Below are positions 1 through 6,703 of a DNA stretch of 32,646 nt, piece by piece. Position numbers and translations under genes: made by a program. Position 1 is the first letter of the stretch; every line of letters starts with the position of its first letter. Source of the stretch: Eubacteriales bacterium (GTDB lineage: Bacteria > Bacillota > Clostridia > Oscillospirales > CAG-272); contig JAZSLE010000214.1 of assembly GCA_045535215.1 (NCBI GenBank), forward strand, positions 1 through 32,646, in the 5' to 3' direction. The notes under the pieces are model-generated. The model ran no database searches. It was not told the DNA's origin and saw only the letters and a list, made by a program, of their open reading frames with translations.

Positions 1-25
1 GCGTTTATACGCGTATATAACGCTA

Positions 26-1486
26 TTATTTCTTGTGGCTGTGTCTCATTTTTACGATGAGGTCGTTTTTGATATCCCACAGCTTCTGAGAAAGGTCAAC
101 ATAGTAGTTGTGCGGGTTCTCGAATCTGAGCACCTCTTCCCACATACCGCCGATCTCTCTTATGCAGCGTGCCTTGATCTGATCAAGCGTGGGAAGATCG
201 TATACAAGCTTTCCTCCGTCAAACACCTTAACAAGAAGCTCTTCGGCGGTATAATTTGTAAGCGTCTTACGTTTCCAAGTGCAATCCGGATCAAAGAGCT
301 CTATCGGCTGAGAATCGTCTATCATCTCATCGTGCAAGCAGATAAGGTCTGCTTCCGCCTTTCCGGTATCCTTGTCGCGGAGTCTATAGACCTTCTTGAA
401 GTGAGGTGTTGTTACCTTTGCCGCATTTTCGCTGAGCTTTATCTTGGGGATAACGTTACCGTCGGCATCCTCTATCGCACAAAGCTTATAAACCCCACCG
501 AATACGGGAGTGGAGCGAGAGGTTATAAGGCTTTCGCCAACGCCGAAGAGGTCTATTTGTGCACCCTGGCGTGTCAGATCTCTGATTATATATTCGTCAA
601 GAGAGTTGGATGCAACGATCTTACACTCGGTAAAGCCTGCCTCGTCGAGCATCTTTCTTGCCTTCTTGGAGAGGTACGTTATATCACCCGAGTCGATACG
701 GATAGCGCACTTTGTTATTCCCTTCGGGAGAAGTACCTCCTTGAACGCACGAATAGCGTTGGGGACACCGCTCTCAAGTATGTTATAGGTATCAACAAGA
801 AGAGTTGTATTATTCGGGTATATCTCGCAGTAGGTCTTGAATGCGGTATACTCGTCGTCAAACATCTGTACCCACGAGTGAGCCATAGTACCCGTTGCGG
901 GAACTCCGAATATCTGATCGGATATCGTACATGCGGTAGCCGCACATCCGCCTATATATGCCGCTCTTGCTCCGAGAATAGCCGCGTCCGCGCCCTGCGC
1001 ACGTCTTGAACCGAATTCACTGATAGCTCTTCCCTCGGCTGCTCTTGCGATACGGCACGCCTTTGTAGCTATAAGCGACTGGTGGTTGATCATCATAAGC
1101 ACGTAGGTCTCGATAAACTGTGCCTCTGCCGCCTTTGCCTTCACTACCATAAGAGGCTCCCCCGGAAAAACTACCGTTCCCTCGGGAATAGCCCATATAT
1201 CGCCGTTGAACTTGAAGCTCTTGAGATATTCAAGGAACTGCTCGTCAAAAAGCCCCTTTGAGCGGAGGTATGCTATATCCTCGTCATCGAAATGGAGGTC
1301 CTTTATATATTCAACCACCTGCTCAAGTCCGGCAAGAACAGCATATCCGGCGTTGTCGGGGTTGTTTCGGTAGAAAACATCAAAATACGTGTACTTATCC
1401 GACATTCCGCTTTTAAAATAACCGTTAGCCATCGTAAGCTCGTAGAAGTCGCAAAGCATGGTCAGGTTTCTTTCAAGATTTTTCAT
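26..1486 (-). CDS. pncB: nicotinate phosphoribosyltransferase (Preiss-Handler NAD salvage)
   Basis: 486-aa ORF. The N-terminus LTMLCDFYELTMANGYF and the length are typical of the NAPRTase family. AAAGGA lies 8 nt upstream of the ATG at 1486. Confidence 0.9.
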   Translation of the reverse strand: MKNLERNLTMLCDFYELTMANGYFKSGMSDKYTYFDVFYRNNPDNAGYAVLAGLEQVVEYIKDLHFDDEDIAYLRSKGLFDEQFLEYLKSFKFNGDIWAIPEGTVVFPGEPLMVVKAKAAEAQFIETYVLMMINHQSLIATKACRIARAAEGRAISEFGSRRAQGADAAILGARAAYIGGCAATACTISDQIFGVPATGTMAHSWVQMFDDEYTAFKTYCEIYPNNTTLLVDTYNILESGVPNAIRAFKEVLLPKGITKCAIRIDSGDITYLSKKARKMLDEAGFTECKIVASNSLDEYIIRDLTRQGAQIDLFGVGESLITSRSTPVFGGVYKLCAIEDADGNVIPKIKLSENAAKVTTPHFKKVYRLRDKDTGKAEADLICLHDEMIDDSQPIELFDPDCTWKRKTLTNYTAEELLVKVFDGGKLVYDLPTLDQIKARCIREIGGMWEEVLRFENPHNYYVDLSQKLWDIKNDLIVKMRHSHKK

Positions 1487-1520
1487 AATAGTGTTCCTTT
1501 CGTTTTACGTGCGATGTGGT

Positions 1521-1549
1521 TTTATATTTTCAATTCTCGCAGATAACAA
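1521..1549 (-). promoter_or_regulatory. putative SigA-type promoter for pncB
   Basis: Read on the minus strand: TTGTTA (1549-1544), 17-nt spacer, TATAAA (1526-1521). It lies about 35 nt upstream of the pncB ATG. Confidence 0.4.
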
Positions 1550-1617
1550 ATTGATTGCCTATTTTCAGGTATAATCGCGCCAAACGGTGCATTCGATCAA
1601 AAAATCGGGAAAAAGTA

Positions 1618-1646
1618 TTGATTTTTGATTAAAAATAGATTATAAT
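1618..1646 (+). promoter_or_regulatory. putative SigA-type promoter for nadE
   Basis: TTGATT (1618-1623), exact 17-nt spacer, TATAAT (1641-1646). GGAGGA RBS at 1666-1671 and ATG at 1681. Confidence 0.6.
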
Positions 1647-1680
1647 ATATGTGATAAATTTTTTCGGAGGATGATGCCAT

Positions 1681-3612
1681 ATGAAAAACGGATTCGTAAA
1701 GGTTGCTTGTGCCACCCCCAAGGTAAGGGTAGCGGACTGCAAATACAATACCAACGAAATAACACGTCTTGCAAAAAGCATATCAGACGAGGGCGCGTCA
1801 CTTATCGTGTTCCCCGAGCTTTGTATAACCGGATACTCCTGCGGTGACCTTTTCCTCAACGGAACTCTCGTCACCGGAGCACTTGATTCTCTTTTTGATT
1901 TTCTTGATGACAGCGCGGATCTTGACGCCGCAGTTGTCGTAGGTCTTCCCTTCTCGTTCGGCGGCAAGCTTTACAATTGCGCCGCAGTATGTAAGTCGGG
2001 CGAGCTTCTTGCTCTCGTTCCCAAGAAGAACATACCGATGTACGCCAATCTTTATGAGGGAAGATATTTCTCCTCCGCTCCCGAGGAAGGCGAATATATT
2101 GTCATCGGAGACAGTGAAGTATACTTCGGAAACGACGTTATCTTTTCTTCCGACGACCTTGACGGATTCAGCTTCGGAGTAGAGATTTGCGAGGATCTTT
2201 TCGCTCCCTCTTCCCCGTCTGCTGACCTTGCTTCCGCAGGCGCATATATAATATGCAATCCCTCTGCCTCCGATGAGGCTGTAGGCAGGCCCGAGCAGAG
2301 AAGAAGTGCCGTTACGGTACAGTCCTCAAAATGCATATGCGCATATGCATATACGTCGTGCGGATACGGTGAATCGACCACGGACGGTGTATCCGGAGGC
2401 CATAGGATGATAGCCGAGTGCGGACGTCTCATCGCCGAGTCCGAGCCGTTTGCTCTTTCGGACAAGTGCTACACGGTTACCGACATAGACCTTGACAAAA
2501 TAGCTCACGACAGAGCAAAGGTAAATACGTTCTCCTCGACTCCCTCAAAGGATATTGAGGTAATTCCCTTCAACCACGAAATAAAGGACATCAAGCTTAC
2601 AAGAAGCATAAATGCATATCCGTTCGTTCCGTCCGATGAAAGTGAGAAGACTGCTCGTGCCGAGTACATTCTTTCCATGCAGGCTTACGCTCTTGCAAGA
2701 AGAATGGAGGCAGCTTATGCGAAGACCGCGGTGATCGGTATCTCCGGAGGTCTTGATTCTACCCTCGCGCTTATCGTAGCGTGCAAGGCAATCGACCTGC
2801 TATCCCGCCCGAGAACGGATATCATCGGAGTTACAATGCCCTGCTTCGGAACCACAAAGAGAACTCGCGGAAACGCGGAGAAGCTCTGTGAGCAGCTCAA
2901 CGTAAGCTTCCGCACGGTAAACATCTCAAGATCGGTGCGCAGTCACTTTAAGGATATCGGGCACGATGAAAACGATCACAGTGTCGTATATGAAAACAGC
3001 CAGGCAAGAGAGCGCACCCAGGTTATAATGGATATATCAAACGCGACCGGTGGCATAGTGGTCGGAACGGGAGACCTCTCCGAGCTTGCACTCGGATGGG
3101 CTACCTATAACGGAGACCATATGTCTATGTACGGTGTAAACGCTTCAATACCGAAGACGCTCGTCAGATGTCTTGTAGGACATTATGCAAGCGTTATGGA
3201 GAGCGAGGGAAAGACGTTGCTCGCGAGCGTTCTCAGAGACATACTCGCAACTCCCGTAAGTCCCGAGCTTCTTCCGGCAAGTGCCGACGGAAGCATCGCT
3301 CAGATAACCGAGGATCTCGTAGGGCCTTACGAGCTGCACGATTTCTTTATCTACAACTTCGTGCGTCACGGATACTCACCGAGGAAGCTTCTCTTCCTTG
3401 CGGAAAACGCGTTCGCGGGAGTATACACACGAGAGACTATACTCAAATGGCTCAAGGTATTTGTAAGAAGATTCTTCACTCAGCAGTTCAAACGCTCCTG
3501 CGTTCCGGACGGCCCCAAGGTCGGATCGGTCGCACTGTCACCTCGCGGTGATTGGCGTATGCCGAGTGACGCAAGCTACGCACTCTGGATGTCGGAGCTT
3601 GAAGAACTTTAA
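1681..3612 (+). CDS. nadE: glutamine-dependent NAD+ synthetase (N-terminal CN-hydrolase/glutaminase domain plus C-terminal NAD synthetase domain)
   Basis: 643 aa. The nitrilase-like triad context is present (VFPELCITGY, KKNIPMY, GVEICEDLF). The PP-loop GISGGLDSTLAL sits in the C-terminal half. Confidence 0.9.
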   Translation: MKNGFVKVACATPKVRVADCKYNTNEITRLAKSISDEGASLIVFPELCITGYSCGDLFLNGTLVTGALDSLFDFLDDSADLDAAVVVGLPFSFGGKLYNCAAVCKSGELLALVPKKNIPMYANLYEGRYFSSAPEEGEYIVIGDSEVYFGNDVIFSSDDLDGFSFGVEICEDLFAPSSPSADLASAGAYIICNPSASDEAVGRPEQRRSAVTVQSSKCICAYAYTSCGYGESTTDGVSGGHRMIAECGRLIAESEPFALSDKCYTVTDIDLDKIAHDRAKVNTFSSTPSKDIEVIPFNHEIKDIKLTRSINAYPFVPSDESEKTARAEYILSMQAYALARRMEAAYAKTAVIGISGGLDSTLALIVACKAIDLLSRPRTDIIGVTMPCFGTTKRTRGNAEKLCEQLNVSFRTVNISRSVRSHFKDIGHDENDHSVVYENSQARERTQVIMDISNATGGIVVGTGDLSELALGWATYNGDHMSMYGVNASIPKTLVRCLVGHYASVMESEGKTLLASVLRDILATPVSPELLPASADGSIAQITEDLVGPYELHDFFIYNFVRHGYSPRKLLFLAENAFAGVYTRETILKWLKVFVRRFFTQQFKRSCVPDGPKVGSVALSPRGDWRMPSDASYALWMSELEEL

Positions 3613-3622
3613 TGATCTCTTG

Positions 3623-3660
3623 TCGGGGAAACGAAAACGTTTCCCCGATTTTTTATTTTT
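3623..3660 (+). terminator. rho-independent terminator of nadE
   Basis: Perfect 11-bp stem: TCGGGGAAACG (3623-3633) pairs with CGTTTCCCCGA (3638-3648), with an AAAA loop. It is followed by TTTTTTATTTTT. The T-tract overlaps the stop codon of the convergent gene. Confidence 0.75.
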
Positions 3661-6373
3661 CGCGGGGTACTCTCTTATGAAGCACTACGGCAAGCACCGA
3701 CATTACCGCGACGGCAAAGAGCATGAGCGTCCAAACCATACTGTTTCTGTCGTTTTTCAAAGTCGGCATTCCGGTCTCACCGCCGTTTGGATCGATATCT
3801 ATAAGATCCGCAAGCTCTTCGGAGGTATGCATTGAGCTGTGTCCCTTTACCGAGGCTATTCTGAGCACTATCTCGTCGTCCGTTCTTGACTCGTTCTGCA
3901 GGCAGAACTTGATATAAGACATCGTCGCGAGCTCGCCAAACGAGGAGGTGTCTATATATACACGGATCTCTCCGCTTTCGTTCGACGGCACGGACACCTC
4001 GGCAACGCTTTTGCCAAAGGAGCCGCCGATTATGGTGTTTACCGTGTAATCCGAATGATGAGCACCCGACGGGCTTTCTATCATAAAGGATATCTCAATA
4101 ACGTCTATCGGGAAAAGCTTTATCTCCTCGCTGAAGGAATATATGAGCTCTGCAAATTCCGAGCTGTTCGCGGGAAGCTTCATCACAGATTTGAGTACCG
4201 TTCTGCTGTCGCTGACCGAGTGTATACTGATGCTCTTAAGGTATGCCCCCTTCTTCCATCTCGCAACCGATGACGAGGAATTAAAGTCCACGAAAGAAAT
4301 GCTGCCCTTAACGTTCGGATCGAGTGAAGTGTAAACGTTAAGCATTGAAACGTCACCGAACACAGGCTTATAGTTTGCGTATCCGCTGATTTTGTGCCAC
4401 GGAAGAAGCTTATTTTTCACCGCAAGAGAGTCTGCAAACGCCTTGGCACCAGTTCCTCCCATGATGGACAGTGCCTCAAACATCTTTTCGGAGCAACGGT
4501 AATTCTCCTCTTCGGTCTTCGTTATATCACAAACGAATGAATGTATATTCGGGTTTGCGCAAAGATTAAAGTAGGTATATACGTATGCAAGCTCAAGCTC
4601 TTCTGCAGAGCGCGTCGCCTCGGGGCTCCACGAAAAGATATATTTCGTATCGACAAGACCGAGTCTTTTTGAAATAAAGCTTATCAGATCCTCGAATACC
4701 TTCGTGTTCTCGGACGTAATATTCATTATCTCTCCGCTTTCGACTCTTTCGTCGTAGATATCGTCATTGTAAGCGGTAATATCGCCCGAGGTCTGACTCT
4801 TCTTTGTCATATTACCCTTAACGTCCGGAAAAACGTCGTCGTTTACCATGAGCGTTACAATGCCGTTACCCGACTCGGAATACTTTCTGAAGAGTGATAT
4901 GAGCATCGCGGACATAGGATATTTTCCATCCTCTCCGTCCTCCCCGTATACACGGCTGTTATTGGAGCTTACGGGTACTATGATATTTACCGACGGGTCG
5001 GTATTTCTCGCCGCCGCCATTACGATGCTGATATAATCCGAATATCCGTCTATATATTCTCCGTAAGCTACCTTGCTTGATCCGGAATACATATTAGGCG
5101 TATCAAAATCGTTTCCTAAGACTATACCGAATATGCTTTCCTCGTATCTTTCACAGAGGAAGGCTATTGCGGCGTACGTGATCCTTGCACTTTCCTCGTT
5201 AGGCTTGTACGAAGAGCCGAACAGGCTACCCGCACGAGTCGCTATACGAAGCATAGCGCTTCCACCGGACGAAGCGAGCGAGGTCATTCTTCTGTCAAGC
5301 GAGTGTACCACCTCACTGTTGAAGCAGTAGTTGCTTCCGCCGAAGGAATACAGGTATCCGCCCGTACCGTTGTTTATAAGCTCGTCAAAGAAAACGTCAA
5401 TAAGGATAGCGCCCGCATATACCTTTGAAGGGTAATATTCAAGTCCCGTCGCTATTCCCTTGAATCCGACGCTAATGTCCTTATCATACGCCGTTTCGGG
5501 ATATTTTTTATCCTCTATTACGTATTCAAGCTCTCCCTCCTCGGAAACAAGCACCACAGCATACGCCGAAACGTAATCGCCGCCCGTTTTGTTTTTTATT
5601 GAGAAGGAGAAGCTTCGCGACATTCCGCTCGAAGCACACGGCTCGTGCGAGGCTATAAATGCGGGGTCGATCTCTTCACCGGGAAGAAGCCTGTAAACGT
5701 TTATTTTACTGTTCTTGGAGGATATGGTGACGTCGTGAAGTATAGTTCCCTCAAGCAGGACCGAGTCTCCACCGTTTTCGTATTTTACCGTGCTCAGATT
5801 TCCGATGTTTTTACTTGAACCGTCCATACCGAAGTAATAGTAGCAATGCCACATTCCCATAACGGTAATGCTTCCGCTTACCGCTCCCGTTGCCTTTACG
5901 GTAACGCTGACAATGAATTGCTCGTTCATATTCGGTATAAATATATACGAATCATTTCCGTTTCGCTCGACCTCCTGGTCGTATCGGTAGCTGAACTCCT
6001 CAAGATCGTAATTCATAAATACGGTCTCTACCGTTAGCTTTTCGGATGCGGTCTCGTTACGAAGTCTTATACAAACGGCATTCTGCTCTCCGCTCGCCGC
6101 CTCTCCGTTACATTTGAAGCGCATGGAGTTTCGCGAGTTGCTTACGGAAAACACAACGTTTCCCTCACCGTCGAAGGAAAGCGATCCGCCTGTCGCCAAT
6201 ACCGAGTCGGAAAGGTATCTCTCCGAATAGGTGGCAAGCTCTATACTGCTCTCCCCCACGGCGGAAAAGCACGGCACCGTACACATCAAAATAAAAAGTG
6301 CGGCAATGGCAAGAGAGAGAAACTTGCTTTGCAGGTGCATATTAGACTCAGCCTTACGTTTCGGTCTCTTCAT
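3653..6373 (-). CDS. large secreted protein with a C-terminal TM anchor; central region resembles a TIM-barrel glycoside-hydrolase-like (DUF5722-type) domain flanked by beta-rich modules; function unknown
   Basis: 906 aa. AGGAGA RBS lies 6 nt before the ATG at 6373. An N-terminal signal-like segment (FLSLAIAALFILMCTVPCFSA) is present. The C-terminal TM is MVWTLMLFAVAVMSVLAVVL followed by the basic tail HKRVPREK. The DUF5722-like call is from memory of the FKGI...LYSFGGSNYCFN...MLRI pattern only. Confidence 0.6.
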   Translation of the reverse strand: MKRPKRKAESNMHLQSKFLSLAIAALFILMCTVPCFSAVGESSIELATYSERYLSDSVLATGGSLSFDGEGNVVFSVSNSRNSMRFKCNGEAASGEQNAVCIRLRNETASEKLTVETVFMNYDLEEFSYRYDQEVERNGNDSYIFIPNMNEQFIVSVTVKATGAVSGSITVMGMWHCYYYFGMDGSSKNIGNLSTVKYENGGDSVLLEGTILHDVTISSKNSKINVYRLLPGEEIDPAFIASHEPCASSGMSRSFSFSIKNKTGGDYVSAYAVVLVSEEGELEYVIEDKKYPETAYDKDISVGFKGIATGLEYYPSKVYAGAILIDVFFDELINNGTGGYLYSFGGSNYCFNSEVVHSLDRRMTSLASSGGSAMLRIATRAGSLFGSSYKPNEESARITYAAIAFLCERYEESIFGIVLGNDFDTPNMYSGSSKVAYGEYIDGYSDYISIVMAAARNTDPSVNIIVPVSSNNSRVYGEDGEDGKYPMSAMLISLFRKYSESGNGIVTLMVNDDVFPDVKGNMTKKSQTSGDITAYNDDIYDERVESGEIMNITSENTKVFEDLISFISKRLGLVDTKYIFSWSPEATRSAEELELAYVYTYFNLCANPNIHSFVCDITKTEEENYRCSEKMFEALSIMGGTGAKAFADSLAVKNKLLPWHKISGYANYKPVFGDVSMLNVYTSLDPNVKGSISFVDFNSSSSVARWKKGAYLKSISIHSVSDSRTVLKSVMKLPANSSEFAELIYSFSEEIKLFPIDVIEISFMIESPSGAHHSDYTVNTIIGGSFGKSVAEVSVPSNESGEIRVYIDTSSFGELATMSYIKFCLQNESRTDDEIVLRIASVKGHSSMHTSEELADLIDIDPNGGETGMPTLKNDRNSMVWTLMLFAVAVMSVLAVVLHKRVPREK

Positions 6374-6409
6374 TCCGCATCTCCTATCTGTAAAGTTACT
6401 TTACACTAT

Positions 6410-6438
6410 ATTATATCACATAGTAAAGAAAAAATCAA
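6410..6438 (-). promoter_or_regulatory. near-consensus extended -10 promoter for the 906-aa surface protein gene
   Basis: Read on the minus strand: TTGATT (6438-6433), 17-nt spacer, TGaTATAAT (-10 at 6415-6410). Confidence 0.6.
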
Positions 6439-6572
6439 GGTCTTACGCCAAATTGTCGCTTTTTTTCTCGCCCTAACGACAGAATTTCACGCGTTTTTCG
6501 GAGTTATTTTCCTGCAAAGAGAAATGATACCGTTTAATTAAATGCGCGTAAAAAAAAGTTTACACTTAACTA

Positions 6573-6601
6573 TTGAATGGACACATTTTATATGTTATAA
6601 T
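6573..6601 (+). promoter_or_regulatory. near-consensus extended -10 promoter for the Ig-repeat surface protein gene
   Basis: TTGAAT (6573-6578), 17-nt spacer, TGtTATAAT (-10 at 6596-6601). This places the transcription start inside the 5' part of track ORF 6542..9427. Confidence 0.6.
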
Positions 6602-6703
6602 GTATTGTCTAACTACAAGCATCACCGCAACACGGTAAAGATAAGTCAGTTTATTATTACGAAAGGTCGGTCTCTTTACACTGTACGAGACCAAGGTAAA
6701 GCT

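Noticed and set aside
35-1009. 324-aa plus-strand ORF inside pncB.
   Set aside because: It is in the codon-complementary shadow frame of pncB.
1594-1630. Imperfect A/T inverted repeat (TCAAAAA ... TTTTTGA) in the pncB-nadE divergent region, considered as a NiaR/NrtR-type NAD regulator site.
   Set aside because: It does not resemble the NiaR or NrtR boxes as I remember them. It is only a 7-bp pure A/T match.
6542-6703. 54-codon N-terminal extension of the Ig-repeat protein ORF (MRVKKSLHLTIEW...).
   Set aside because: The strong promoter at 6573-6601 lies inside it, so the ATG at 6542 would not be transcribed. The signal peptide begins at the ATG at 6704.
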